Assembly: GCF_964204865.1 (NCBI RefSeq)
Contig: NC_135263.1
Coordinates: forward strand, 12,958,001 to 13,022,000
Origin: Styela clava
Taxonomy: Eukaryota
Reading direction: 5' to 3'
Length of the DNA stretch: 64,000 nucleotides
Positions 1-15,000 of this stretch are shown here, piece by piece (positions within the stretch are counted from its first letter, which is position 1; each line of letters opens with the position of its first letter). Position numbers and translations under genes: made by a program. Under the pieces are notes generated by a model. That model ran no database searches. It was not told the DNA's origin and saw only the letters and a program-made list of their open reading frames with translations.

Positions 1-2649
1 AAGCTGCTATAATAATTATTTTATAAAATGTACCAATATTAAAGTATAATAACAGTTACATAAGTCAATGATTGCTCTTACTTATCAATGGCAGTCAAGT
101 TGTTATCGTATCGTTAAGAGTTTGCGAGATATTCACAGACATCACGTATTTAAAAATTAATTACATCCTTTTTCAAAATATCGACGAACTGTCGAGTCTA
201 ATATTCTACAGATCAGTACCCAGTCATTATTATTAATGTTATTAGTCTTCCCATATTTGCTACGCGGAAGGATCGAGATGTAATTTAGTATTGTTAATAG
301 TCAGTTAGGTTGAAAATAGCAGATACAGAGGTCAAATTCACTATATCGAAGACGAAAAAATACTTAATACTTAACTTGTGTATGTATACAGCACTTTGCA
401 GATGATTTGGATCTAACAGAACAGTTTAGAATTATTTGTGGATTCATGCCAACAGGTATTAACGATGTTGAATGACATTATTTCTTAAATTTTATGGACA
501 TGTCGGCAATAATAAATTACTTGATTTACTGTCACTGGCCGGCTGGTAAATGGACCATTCGTCGGTATGACAGCTTTTATGAGAATAACAGCTTTTCATG
601 CAGGTATATTCATTGAAAATAGTATATACCTTGCGTCAACCACGCAAATTGACTACTAAAATAGCTGAGTATTTAACACACGTGCACAATTTATAATAGA
701 AAAAACAAACAAACATGTAAATAGGATCATTTAAGGCCTTGGTTTATAGTGCAAAATACGAAAAAAAAGTAAAGAGATATTCAACTATCAGAAAATGAGG
801 TTTGTGTACACAAAACGTACAGAAACGATTTTTCAAATGATTATTCCGAGTTGTCAGGTTTTGTTTTCTTGTAAAAAAATGTACTCAGATTTGTCGGGAT
901 CATGATTTTGCAACTGAAGTTCTAACACTACGGGAAACAACATTGAAATCCTGTCACACAACTGCATATATTCGCTCCTAATTAATCCCAGACTACCCTT
1001 GCCACGACGAAAGACTCGGCTCCCAACATCTGTGTAACCCTATTATAACGTATGGCGTTGGCTGTTACATCGATGTAATTGGGTAATTAGATCGTCCTGA
1101 TGACTTAATTTTAAACAAAAGTGCTATCTTAGTGAAATAAACTTAGACTGATTGCCATATGCTGACTTGAGTTTATATTTTGCTACAAGATCCATAGGAT
1201 AATGAATTTTTAATCGCAGTTTAACGCGTAATACTTTAATACTTGCGTTCGTGAGTGTAAAGTCAATCCACAAATCAATTGAAGCTTTTGGAACCTTGTT
1301 TGTGTTGATTAGATGTTACATAGAGAGCAGTGTTCATTTTTATACGAGTAAATAAAGTTTGGATGAAAATAAAAAGGTGGCACTTTAGCATGCGATCTTG
1401 GTGATTTTAGTATTATGCTAACCCTAACCCAACTATGACAGGGTTAGGTCTAGGTACTGAATTCTATAAGAAATTTATTATCAGATTAAACGCATACCAA
1501 ATGGCACCAAAAAAAGTTTGGTGTAGAAAAAAAATATCGAAATAGGGCTTAGCATTTAGTTCGGCAACTTTCTGACAATAGGGCAAGCTTGTATATAAAA
1601 AGATGTTAAGGTATTATTTAATCCTTGTTCGGGATATATCGTGTAAAAGTTGTGGACGCTAATGAAATTTGTTCATTAATGTACGTTCGTATACAATCGT
1701 GCAAATTGAGAATTGGAAAATCAATACAACGAATCTCTTGATCCGACGACGGAGAGTTGTAATATTATTACACAATAATATTTCAAATGTGAAAACTACC
1801 TCAGGGAATATATTAGCCAAAAATCGATATCGTTATTTTGAGATATTTTTTACCCTGCTACGAAATTCTCACTGTTATCCAGGAACCATAGAAAAGTTGC
1901 GTTTTCAATTTTATCGTTTCTATGTTCACGGAGAGTATCAAAACATAACCAGTAGTTATTTCTAGTGTAAACCGTGACTAAACTCTTGCCTATATGCGTA
2001 TACAAAGTGTGGGCCATGCATGCTTTTGTTTGAAAAATCAAATATTCTTTGACTGCAATTTTTGTGTCGAGACGTTCATTTCGCCTATTCCATAGTAAAC
2101 GAAGATAAACTAGAAAATACTCGGTAAAATGTACAAATATATTCTAAGTATAGCGGGCAAGTGTTTTCTCAAAACCAAAATTTGTTGTCATCGTTTTTCG
2201 TGTACGACATATGGATCAATACATCAGAATCCTCTATGTTTCGTGACGGCGAATGAGTTTACGAGGCCAGTAAGCAAACCGGATCTTGAAAGGGTGTTAT
2301 TATACGTTGACGTATGAAACCTTTTAAAATCGCGGTTGATGGAGTTTTAAGTATAGACCAATAGCATGTTTGTTACTAGGATATGATTAGTGGGAAGTTA
2401 TTGAATAATCTTTGCACTACGCAACAGTTGTTCGTAGACAGCAGGAATCCCATGAATGTGACTTTAGTACCATTTTGTGTTAGTGATGTTAATCTTAACT
2501 CTTTTGTTATGTTTCATTCAGGTATAATAGAAAAGAAATTGTTTGTTTTCTAATAAAGATTCTTATAGCAAAATAAATTAACGATAACAAAGAACGTAGA
2601 GCCTGGTCGTAATACGGATGTTTTTCAGTACCATGGAACCTCCAGTACA

Positions 2650-5600
2650 ATGCACAACAGCGTGATAAATGGGACCGTATTTCTCATCATTATCTTTATA
2701 TCAGGTTTGTATTTTTTGTTAGTATTTGAGTTAACTTTTAGTTTGAAATTGCTAATTGGTATATTGCCATGGTTGGTTAATTAATTGGAATCGTCCTTCA
2801 TTCTATGACATTAGCCAGCCTGAGCGTAGACAGACTTTCACAAAAATCCAACTTAATCCACACCGGTAATACTCGGGAATCCTAATGTAAACCAACTTGA
2901 ACATGACGTAACCAATAAAATTATTTAAATGTTTAAACCAAAATTTTATATGACAAATAAATAGCATTTATTATATTATTATTGTAGCGTTCATTATATT
3001 TTCTATGCTAAAGAGTTACTCACTAAAATCATAAACTTTAAATGAAAATCTTGACTTCGCATAGAAATCTGCATTGCAGAGAACACTTTTAGCTGGTCTT
3101 GCTCTATCATGATGTGTTCTTGTCTGACCGAATTTTTTGATAAGTTTCTCTTTTCTAAATTAGCATAAAGAAACATTCATTTGGTCAGTCATTCGTGCTC
3201 ATCTCAACAAAGCATTCATCTGAACTGATTTCTTGACTATTAACGCGAGAATATTCTATGGAAATGAAAATATTTCACATGATATTGTATTGAAAGGCTG
3301 GGCCATCACCCAGCCAGAATGCAAATCTTCCACCTCTAGGCCCTTGACCTACCAGCCGCTGGGCTCTTCGGGCGTTTCAAGTTTAAAAGTAGGCTACCAA
3401 ACGATTTTGGGAGTCAAAAAGGGAACATTGAAATACTAAAATTCATTATAAATTAACTGAAATTTATTTGAAAACTTTAAACAGAATTTCATCTACAGTA
3501 TTGCAGTCTGTAATTTAAATATATCGCTTTGCATTATAATATCACGCTGTGTTTCCTTAATGGGAAACTAAATTATACAGTAAGACGCAAATTAATTGCT
3601 TTTCCATAATATAACCTAATTATATGAGTATTTGATTTATACAAACGTAATTATATCATGTCGGCATAACTTAGCATAATTGTATAGTGAACATTGCTAT
3701 TAAAGGCATCAATCTAATGAAATGGGTATTTCGTAGCTATTAAAATAGTTAAGAACCGTTCTTTCGACAGACAAGCTTTTCGGATTTAAAGTAATAAAAC
3801 GAAACATATAAATTACACGCTTGAATATTAATTTATAAAATATTTAAAAGAGTTAGGCATTCTCAAACATAACAAACTCTGAACGCTGATTGATTAAGTT
3901 GGTTTAGTAATTCGCAAAATACAAATCCAATAATCCTGCATTTGTAAACCTATGAACAACATATCACCAATTTGCTGCCTCCCATGACAAAAATGTGATA
4001 TATTTTGAAAAAAAACCCACTTATTTTTTGTTTATGTGCTTTTAGCTCAATTTCAAGCAACAAGGTCAGATGCTTCAGGCGATATGGGAAGTGGAATGCC
4101 TATTACAAATTCAACTGAAATATACGAAGGATACAGCGGGTCACCATCGATATCAATTAAACCATGTTTCTGCAACGTGACATTTTCCAGCAACGAATCA
4201 TGCGTGGTTTCTCTGACGAAATTCAAGCAAAATGACATGTAAGAAACCGTTTAATCACAATATAAACCAAACATGGCCCAAATGTTTTTTTAAAAGCTGG
4301 ATTCGATCAACATTTAGCCTGTTTCAAACCCTATCTTGCCCATAATTGTTACTTAAATCATAATTTCCAGAAGTGTGGGGAAATTTTTGCAATCAAAATG
4401 TATTCTCTTTTTCACGATATTTATATTTATCTTAATTGGTATTCCGAATGTTTGACTTATCACCATGTTATCGCCCCTTGTTAGTTGGGTAACGTTTTTA
4501 CGTTATAAAAATGATATATTGCATTGAAAAACTATCTAGAAATAGCATTCGTCTTCGTCAGTGAAATTTAAACTGCGAGAACCATAACCTGGGTACCTCA
4601 TTCCTCACCAGGGAGTAATAAATTACGTGTGGACAATCAATACTTTGGCCTTTATGTGAAATGACTGATGTGCCTTCAAATTGGCTGCCTTCTTCAGAAC
4701 TTATTCAGACTGACATAATAGTAGAAACTGTGAGAATTGGAAAATGAAAATATTCACATTCATGCAATGCGTAAACGAGAGTTGGGCAATTACTTCGGTA
4801 AAAAAAGATCGGATTTCTGCGAAACTCAAGACTAAAAACTTGTACGAAATTTCAAATAAAGATTCCTACTTATGATTTATTAATGTCACAGGAACCGTTG
4901 TAAAAACGATGTCAGTTCTTGCTTCCATAAGTTCGCGCCTTTCAAGAACGATTTGATCCTTCTTCGAAAAAGCATGCATAATTTAAAAATTGCTTTAAGA
5001 AGGATCGCCAACAATTCTTTTTCCGTATGCCTAACATAGGAATGAAAACCATACTTATCAATTGAGCTGGTTCATACACAGTCCACGCTTATACAATGTA
5101 TATATTTTAATGTACAAAGTCACAAATATACTAAATAAGGTATTTTGATAACTCACACACAAAGTTGACGTTACATTAATAGTAAATAATATTGTTAAAT
5201 CAGCAACCTCGATAATGATGGTAGATACATAATTAATGAACACGTTCTTTTGAAATGAAAGTTTTTGCTTCATAAAATGTATTTGACCTTGACAGAGGAA
5301 CATTTTAAAGAACCAATGTTTTCAAAACAGGCCGACGTAGAAAATATCGAATTTTTAGAGACGTTTTTTTCTTCTTGTAGAAATCTTACTTTCAGCACAT
5401 TCATCGCATCACCCGCGCAAATTGAATCGGAACGACATTTGTCAGTTTGATTTTTTCTTGGATCTGCGGTAGTAGAATACGACAAGAATTTCTATTGAGC
5501 ATGGCTTAACAATTTCTGCATATGCCATTCTCGACCTCCATCTGACTACGTCAGCCAACAATTACATCAATCCGGCATCACGATGACGTAGTAGGGCTTA

Positions 5601-8208
5601 CAAATACTAGTGATAGATACTATACTACACCAGACCCGATATTTCCAAGCTGATTCAAATATGGAATCAATTTTAATTTTTATTTCTTGATTTTTGGGCC
5701 TACACGAACTACTTTGATCGTGCCTACTATTCATCTGAAAACAATTTCCAGTCACGAGGCAAGAGTACAATGTACAAACCCATACACATACGTTTGACCT
5801 ATTCTTGAAATGCGTCCAATAGCCAGAGACAAATCATGTTTTTTGTTGTCTGCTGTCTTGCAAGCTGCTGCACAAATCGGTTGGACGATAAGTCCTAATT
5901 GGAATTCATTCAAAAATCGATGATAAATTTCATGAAATTGTCAATCAGTGCCGAAAAATTGTCCAAACTGTCAAAATTATGTATTAATTATATAATGGCG
6001 GTGTACTTGAAAATTATAAATTATTTCATGTTAAGATACTTCATCTGTAAAATACAATGCGTATAAAAATAAAACATAATCAATACCTTCTTTTGTAAGC
6101 TGGTGATAATGACAGGGCTGCGAAAACAGTACAATACACCTGCTACTTAGTTATAACTCGTTCATTGTTTCTTGGTTCTTATTCAGAACCTTTAGTAACA
6201 AAGTTGAAGGATCAATCCATTTTTTAAACTTCATATTTCTTCTTATTTAAAGTTACTTATACTTCTATGCCGAGGCACAGACTTTCAAAAACAAAGCATA
6301 TCTAGCATGGCAATGGTACTTGGTTCTAACTTGTGTAGGTGGGTAAGTCAAGGTTGTCCACTCAGGATGCTTTTGTATAATATTTTTGTTAAACACCCGG
6401 ACTTATCGGTGAAACTCTCTAATTTTTATTTCTTATTTATTTTATCCCTCTTAGATGCTCAAATTGGACGGTTCAAATAGAAATACAAACGCGGAAAGTC
6501 GGATCCAACTTAACAGAAATCGAAGAGCAACTTGAAACCACAAACGAAAAAAATTGCACCGTCAACACAGATGCTATATTTGTCACTGTTATTGGTAAAT
6601 TCGTCAATTGTACGAGATAAAAACTTTTTTATTCATGTTGGTATATTTTAAAAGGTAGTATATATTGAAAATCTTTTAAACTGAGGAATTGTGTTGGATT
6701 GAATACCGAGATACAATATTCACTTTCGACTGGTACTGACGTATATGTGAAGGCCGTGTGAAATGGGTTAAATTATTTAAAGCATCACTTGGCAAATCGG
6801 GTTTGCATATCCCATTGTACGTACTCAAATTAGAACGTCAAGATTTCTGTAGTATGCATCGTCGTATAAATCATAAATAATCAATGGTTTGTTTTCATCT
6901 ATTATGCATATTTGTCGTTTTAAAAGTAAGTAAACAACCAGCAAAATGTCCGTAATCTGATTGAAGACCACAAAGAATTGATAAGGCACTATTGTTCGAC
7001 TGTAAAGCCAGCTTTTAGTCAGCCATAACTTGTCGTAACGACTGAAAAATTAAAACAAACATGGTGTCACATCGGTTTATACTCAGTCTATTGGTTTTTC
7101 AGTGTCGGTTTTATAAACAAATGAGTCAAAAAAGTCTAAGTCTTTGACATATATCCTTCTGTCTAAACAATGAACCCCACTCTACGTGGTTCAACAGTAA
7201 TGGCCCCGTTTCACGTGGACTAAGCTGGTAACTTATTAAAAAATCATGTTCAGGCGGAAGGAACGCAATCTTATTTACTACATTCAAATCTATGACTTAT
7301 ATTTTGTTTTATTTCAGTAAATACCTCGATATCTTTGATACAGTCGATACCAGATCATGAATTAGAATATTCCGGTTCTTCCAGTGATGATTTGTTCAGG
7401 TTTCCGACCTTAGATCGATGTGTTATTCAATGTGATGAACACAATAAGGTCTATATCATTCATATTTTTATTTCTATAAATATATGTAAATAAAACGTGG
7501 TGTAGTATTTCCCTATTTGTTTAAATATGAATGATGGTACTCAAAATTGAATGACTGTGTTGAAACGTTAAAATAAGATCTTAAAAGGCTTTTAGTTTTC
7601 TTTCTTTTGTTTGTATATCTAACTGAAATTATTTATGAGGCTTTGCGCTATATCCAAATTTAATTGATGAATGACCTCACTTATGGTTATATTCTGGTGT
7701 TGAAATTTTGGACACTTTGGACGACTAGAATAAATACTTAAATGTCCCCATATCGGTTACGGCAATTATAACCACGTTTATGAATGGAATAAAAAAAAAA
7801 CGCAAAAGAAAAATGGGGTATACTATCGTGCATTTTCTTATTGGTAAGTCCAATAGTGAATAGAGCGAAACTTAAATTCAATTTGAACTAATTTTACAGA
7901 ATTCAATATTTAATTTGAGAGAAGAATTACTTCCAACACTTCAGGATGCGATTGATTGTGCATTTAACCGTTCAAAGCGTGCAATTCCAATATGGATCAA
8001 CAGATATAAGCCTAAAATAACGGTAGAGAGGCTGCAGCCGGCACATTCTAAAGAGTACATGCTTCTTTTTATACTTAACTTTGGACTTGTTCTCATTCTG
8101 ATGAAAGCAATTATATGCTTTCGGGATTTGGTCGAACGGCGAATGACGAGAAAAACCAAACCCCCTTCAAGATCGTCATCCAACGACAACTTGTCTGCTT
8201 TTGTATGA
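2650..8208 (+). CDS. Uncharacterised single-pass type I membrane glycoprotein, 5 coding exons (2650-2704, 4046-4238, 6455-6594, 7318-7448, 7900-8208), 275 aa
   Basis: All four introns are GT-AG with matching phases (1,2,1,0) and give one open frame. Signal-like N-terminus MHNSVINGTVFLIIIFISA; many N-x-S/T sequons (NST, NVT, NES, NWT, NLT, NCT, NTS); several Cys; RSKR site; TM YMLLFILNFGLVLILMKAIICF; tail ending SAFV*. No family recognised. Confidence 0.75.
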
Positions 8209-9077
8209 ATCAAAAAGACCGTTCGTTTACAATTATAACAAAAGAGAGAACAACGCCATAATGGGTGATAGGATATAAATCCACATTTTTAAATTATTTA
8301 CAAAAAATTGAATGGCCGGTATAGATAAGTCTTGTTCTCTGCAAGTTTTGCAACATTGCGAAACACCTAACATTTGTGGGCTATATGTTTTTTCCCACCG
8401 CGCTATCATATCTCAGTCAGTTTAGCATACATAGAAACTACGTTTGGTTCGGTATAACCAATTTTAAATCCTGATTCAAGTTGTGGCTCTAAGCGGGTTG
8501 TTTGGGTTGAGTGTTTGGGTTTTTTCTGTTTATTTTGTTGATATTTTATAAAAATCGTTGCTTACTTTTATATAGAAAATAGTTACTTACAGCAAATATG
8601 ACTAGTGCAACTCAATTCATTAAATTCATATTTCAAGTTTACCAAGCAATTTCAATTTTAAATTTTAGTTTTTGGTGAGATTGCGAGCACCAGTCGAGTC
8701 ATCCCCGAACACTTTTTATTTTTCACCAGTATTATAGTCACATCGTAACCGATTTACAAGATTCATGAATACATTGAAACGAATGTTTTTGAGCCTTTTT
8801 ATAATAATAACTCATTATATGTCTTTGTTTAGTGTTACTATTATTTGTTTGATATAAAAGCTTTTAATACAAAATCGTATGTTTACTTGAATCAATAGTA
8901 GGTGGAATAGTGATAAATAATCTGATTAGTGCAAAAAAATAGCGAAGTTATAATATATAGTATTGCAAAATGCAATATTGACTTGTGTTGCGTCTAAGAA
9001 ACAAATGTAAATTAAAACCGTCGATATGCAGCTGTGGTCTTCGTTCGATTTTGAACGATTCCATATTTAGATGAAAA

Positions 9078-9681
9078 ACAAGAGAAGAATGCTCAAATAT
9101 ATGGAAACGAAGGCCAAAACAAAATTATTTACCCACAATTCCCGTTAAAATCATGAACGAAGCTGGAACTGTGGAACAGCTACCGTAACTTACCAGTACA
9201 TGCAACCGGGAACTGTCCTAGCTTCCCCAGATCTCGTGGGGATAATGGTTCATGCGCCCAGTTTTAACGTAAATCAAAATACCAAATGATTCGAGTCAAA
9301 CTGTATTAAATAGTATCAAATCTGTTACAGTACCGGTAGTGTTACCAGCACCTTATCATAAAAATCTCGACTCCACTGAGCACTAGATCGCTGAATGCGA
9401 TTGCAAAACCGCCACACGGCGCGCAATTTTTTTATTTCAGTGACGTCATTACACAAAAGTATAAAGTGGAAAACGAATCCCATGTGCTCACAGAAATTTT
9501 TGAAATAAATTGAAGTAATAGCGTAGTAGTAATAATCTTCAACCACTGAAAATTTGAAACCAATTGGTCCAGTAGTTGAAGAGAAAAACGACTTTTTTCA
9601 GAACAACAACAACAACAAAAAGAATAAGCTTACCACAGCAACATAATAGCAAAACGATCCATAGGTTCACTTCGTGTTCAA
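9078..9681 (-). mobile_element. Diverged Helentron-associated (HINE/DINE-1-like) non-autonomous element, same family as 37077-39860
   Basis: Begins acaagag..tgctcaaatatatggaaacgaag and ends cttcgtgttca (imperfect subterminal inverted repeats). Contains an (AAC)n microsatellite and the core 'atcttcaaccactgaaaattt..caattggtccagta..aagagaaaa.cgactttt' shared with the 37-40 kb and 47-48 kb elements. Confidence 0.6.
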
Positions 9682-10367
9682 CCATAAGATATAACATCGA
9701 TTCAGAGTAGGCTACTAGCAGCGACGGAGTTCATTACTCACGTTTAGACGCACGCTGGCTTTGTCCTCAGATAAATGAAAGGTCGATCAACGTAACGCAC
9801 GTTTCTACGCATGATCTTAGGCGATTGATTACATTAATTTAGGAATGGAATATTGTATCTTAACGAAATGATACACTACCATTGTGATAAAAACGGGTAA
9901 CACATAGGTCAACACAAACTTGGTAAATCTTGAATGACTCCTTTAGCTTAACAAGTATGAAATTCCAGTCGATTCTGGTAGGAAACGGTTGCTGTTTTTC
10001 CGGTCGTGTTGTACAGCATAATATTTGGGGTAATTTAACTAACTTCACTTAACAGTTGAAGGTGTTTTAACTCGAAACTATTCTAATTTGACTCGGGAAT
10101 TAAAATTAGAACTAAACTTGAGTATTGGGATGTGGTACAGTACAGTTTCATGCCCTCGGTACAACAAAACAAGTTTATAAATGACCACTAGTTCGTAGAG
10201 TAATTGATAAGCCAAGTGACGATAAAACTACGACTACTATGCGTAAGTTGTGTCTGCTGTCAGCCTGTTTTGAACTGTTCACTCTGTATTCGAGAATATT
10301 TACGATATCAATATATGTCTTCGGAAACGGTGTATGCAGTGTCTTTGTCAGATCAAGAAATGGACAT

Positions 10368-10542
10368 AATGTAGGCAAAAATATGTTGCATGTAGTTGCT
10401 TGTATGCTTGCTCGACTGCGGTTGTTGTATTTTCTAATAATATTATGTCACATAATATGTCACATAATATTATTAGAAAATACAACAACCGCAGTCGAGC
10501 AAGCATACAAGCAACTACATGCAACATATTTTTGCCTACATT
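10368..10542. repeat. 175-bp near-perfect palindrome (hairpin/MITE-like)
   Basis: Arm 10368-10448 is the exact reverse complement of 10462-10542 (81 bp). The centre contains a tandem 12-mer (tatgtcacataa)x2. Confidence 0.95.
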
Positions 10543-12010
10543 CACACAAAACTGCAAACGTATTCTATCCTTTTCCTTGCGATGGTGTATTCGTGTGCTT
10601 TTAATGAACGGTTGCTGTAGCAAGAATGAAGATGATTATTGTAGGATGAGTGACTCACGATTCTTGCTACACACCAACACTGCCGTTTCTGGACGATGCC
10701 AAAAATACATTTGTGTTGTTATTAGTGATAGAGGTATTTGGTAAAACACTAAATTACAGGTGAAATTCGAAAATGTACGAATACTAATTAACGAACTTCC
10801 ATTCTATACTCGTAATGAGGTGAATGGAATCATAGGATTTTGAAAATTTTCAATTTGGACTGAACAAAACTTAATTAAATAAAAAGCCTGATTACGTGTT
10901 CACTCATCGATGTGCGTACGTGACTTCGGGTCGACCGTGGGGCGATGAAATATATAATTTTGTTATTAGTGAATATTTTTAATTATCAATATAAACATAC
11001 TAATGGACAATATTGATAATTACCATAATTTACAATCTCCACATTAAACATTTGGATTGGTAAATGATAATTATAATTGATCTGATAATTGATAAGATTA
11101 ACTAACTACAAATGCGACTTCTCTAAAAATGCGTAATATTAATTAGCTATTTATATTTTTTGTGTAATTGTTTATACCACATTCAATGCTCAAATTATAA
11201 AATTTATATTCTTTGTTAAGATTTAGAAATAGCTGAGAAAAGGAAGGAATATGACAATAATCGAACTCACTTATGACATCTAGTGACTAATTTAAGTTTA
11301 ATATGCTGCAAGATTTGTTTCTAAACATCACGTCGACAAGTCTTAAACTTTTCCCTTTGAGTTATATAATATAAAATTGTCTATGCAATTTTATTTTGAC
11401 AATCACAACTAAGTAGAGATACAATATATGCAAATACATTTTCTCATTAAATAGGAACAAACAACAGGCAATATCGAATTGACTATAATGTAATTACCCG
11501 GTGTGATACAATCTTAATTTTCGAAACAAATTTAACAATACTATACAATAATACAATAAACAGAAATATAAAATAAAAAGTTTGTAAAACTATAGAATTC
11601 AAAGGGATATAAGGTTCATTAAGATTCACTAGTTTTTGTCAGTTTTGCAAAACTTTGGAAGCCAGAAATTCATTTTTGCATATAAAATGTTGATTAAATC
11701 AAAACAAAGCATTACATATATTATGCTGTCGTAACAAACTAAATATAATCTAGCTTGCATTGATCAAATCTACAAGAGATATATATTATATATACTAGAA
11801 CAAAATAAGATAGTAAACCTTTACCTATTGTAACCTAGTAAACCAGGAATGTAAGTGATCACCTTCTACGCAATAAACAGTCCTAATTTGAATTGTTAGG
11901 GTAAAAATATTGCACGTTCTGAAAATATCAAGACAATGTAATATAATTTACATTATGTTTCATGAAATGTTTATGACAAATATGTCAATTTGATATTAAC
12001 TGATTTATAA

Positions 12011-15000
12011 TCAAACTCTTTTGAATCCGTAAGCATATGTTTCAGGGAAATCAAACTGATTGTATTTTCCGTTCACAAACTCTTTAAAATGAACGAAACC
12101 TCCATTCTGTTTGTCAAGGTTACCGATACATGGAAATCCTGATCCTGCAATGAAACAACAAGAAATAATTCTTCATTAGATTAAAAACCAAATTTCAAGC
12201 CTACATGAAATTTCCCACCGCTGGTTGGGAATGTGTGGTATCAGGCTTGGATTCTATTTACAATCTTCTATGTTATTCACGGATTTGATTTAGCCAATGT
12301 GCTCATCATAAGAATTGATCAATAGCTTGAACAAAATGACCAACATGTGATTGAACACAAAAATGAAACTAAAAAAATAGAGGTCCATCCTCCCCGACAG
12401 GGTTGTTATATGGTGCAAAGTTTACAGTTTGATATATAAAAAAGCCTACCCATTAACAGCAACTGGAAGACAGTCTCTGAAATATAACTTAGTCCTGCGC
12501 TCAGAGCTTGCGGAGGAGATTGTGAATTTCTCATGATTAAAATTCCATTTTCATTAACAGATATTGTTTGATTTTCCAAATTGTAATAAGAGAAGAATCC
12601 TACGTATTTCTCTGGATTTGGAGCTGGCATGATTTTTTGTTGCATCCTGTAAATAATGAAATATCATTTTATAATTATGCAATTATTCGACGAGTCGAAA
12701 TCACTAATTGTGGGTTTCCTCGCCATAGGCTTGTTTGATTATATCCGTAACATTAGCTAACGAGTACGATATCAATGGTGACGTAACAATTGGACTTTTA
12801 AGACCGTTTTTACTCAGAAATTGTAGTAAACATTAGCTCGTTTTCGTGGTTTTGCGAGCTTTTTTGTTTGCGAAATTTAGGTATAAATCATGTTTATGGA
12901 GTTAGGGGTCGAAGAAACATATATTACATTGACATTGAAATACTTTCGACAGAAAAATAAACCTATGTGCACGCTTAAACTTACTTTCTGAGAGTATCTC
13001 GGAATAGAGGAATAGCTTTATCCAATACAATTCTGGCAGTATCTTCACTTGAAAATCCAGCCCTCAGAATATTAAACGACAATTTCAAATCAGGAATCAT
13101 AGCCATGTCTGACGTGTAACCTTCAAGGGCACCGTTTTTCGATACAACCTGTATGGTTTGAAAATATTAATGTTTTTCTTGATCACTCACGAAAAGTTTG
13201 AAGCAAAAGCCTCTAATTGAACAAATACACAATGAAGGCGTGTTCGCCATTTGTGAAAACCAGTAAAATTTGGAGTGAAATATGGGTCTCATAGAACCTA
13301 GAGAAAATCTGAAAAATACAATAGCCCTCAAACCCTTTCAATCACCAGTACTGTAAATTCAAAATCGATCTATCCGATAGTTTGCCGAGACGAGGAACAA
13401 CCAAAAAATGTATTTAGCAACTTGATCCATACGTCTACTTCGAGTTCAAAATATTCATTTTTGTAGCATTAGTGTTATACGATACTTACCAAATAGTCGT
13501 GTAATTTATTCATTTCCCATGGACTTCCTGTCATATTTACTAGGTAATCATGTCTACATGTTTTTCTAGGACGAAGTATTTCAGTCAAAGTTTCATGTTT
13601 CAGAACTGTTTTTGATGTCTCCATGAATGACATTGATAATTTCGCCAAGTCAGCTACAAATGATAAGATGCATCATGATATATTGTAACATGATATAAAA
13701 AATTCGATCCAAGTTTGGCTATATTAGAAAGCTCCTAATTTTGGACTCAAAGATTCTATGATTCTTCTAAGTATGGAAATATTCGTGTGCAAACAATGTC
13801 AGATTAAGCTGTAGGAAATATTAAATTTTTTTGTTGTAACATTATGTAAAAAATACGAAACATTGAGAATTTTTCACAAATATCTGGTCATGCATTAAAA
13901 ATTGAAATAGACTTTACATCTTTTCCTTATATATACCAACCAATAGTTGAGTAATAATTTCCAGCAGGTGAATACCACAGCAGTTCATATACCGGCGCTT
14001 GTACTCCACTTGGTAAATATCCTGCCGCCATTTTCGCTCTCACGTCCGCTGTGTATGTGAAGCCTGAATAGAAGAATTTCATATTACACAATTGGATCAA
14101 AATATCGAATGAATAATATAGGTCCAAACAAAAAATATTCCATGTAATGCAATGAAAATGCTAGTGTTCACAACAGTTCCGGCAAAGATCTCTGTTAATC
14201 AACACGGTTTCTGGCTTGGTAGACGGTTAAAAATTATGACAATAACCTCCAACTTCAAAAGGCTTGAAATTATTTAAAATAGCTCATAACAACAAAAAAA
14301 CTTCACACATACAAAATCATTAAAATTTTAGAACGAAATGCAAATATTTTGCTCAAGAATTTAGTTTTACTGGTTCACATTTTAAAATTAATTTTGTCAA
14401 AATTATACATACCTGTGTTCGTTAAATCCAATTTATCAGCAATATTCTGTTTCGCCCAATTTTCAAAATTTCCATCAGTTGTGAAATTTCTTGCTAATAT
14501 GTGTCCAAGTAACGCGTAGGCAAGGTTGCTAAAGCAAACACAAAGAGTTGATAACTCGTCTAAAGCTGATATCGATTGAACTAATGTCAAATGTTTATTA
14601 AAGGACTAAAAGCTGCTGAACTTACCTGTAAAAACACGTTGATCGAGGTTCGGCAACCAGAATCTGAGATTGGAGAAGTTGAAGAGCATCTTCTAATTGG
14701 CCATTAAAAAATATTGCCGATCCATTCAGAGGATTGAAAGGCAATGAACTGAAACATAAGATGAATAATGCATCCAATGGATAATAATTAAATGCTAGTA
14801 TAGTTATAGAAATCCGGTAAATACAAAGAGAAACTATTCATATCGATGTACTTTTGGAATAATTGGCTTATTTTTGACATAACACCAAAAGAACCTACAA
14901 TATCACTTATGTTCTCTGTAGAGGCGTCAAACGTTCTAATAAATCTAAATAAATAAGTAATTTAGTTGTTTGATACATGTTACCACCGGTTGATTACGGC

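Noticed and set aside
4900-5960. Minus-strand stretch in intron 2 of the first gene that reads like decayed coding sequence
   Set aside because: Multiple stops and no recognisable motif; it cannot be assigned without a translated search.
10239-10744. Overlapping 91-121 aa ORFs on both strands
   Set aside because: They are by-products of the palindrome (the same peptide appears on both strands); no splice or domain support.
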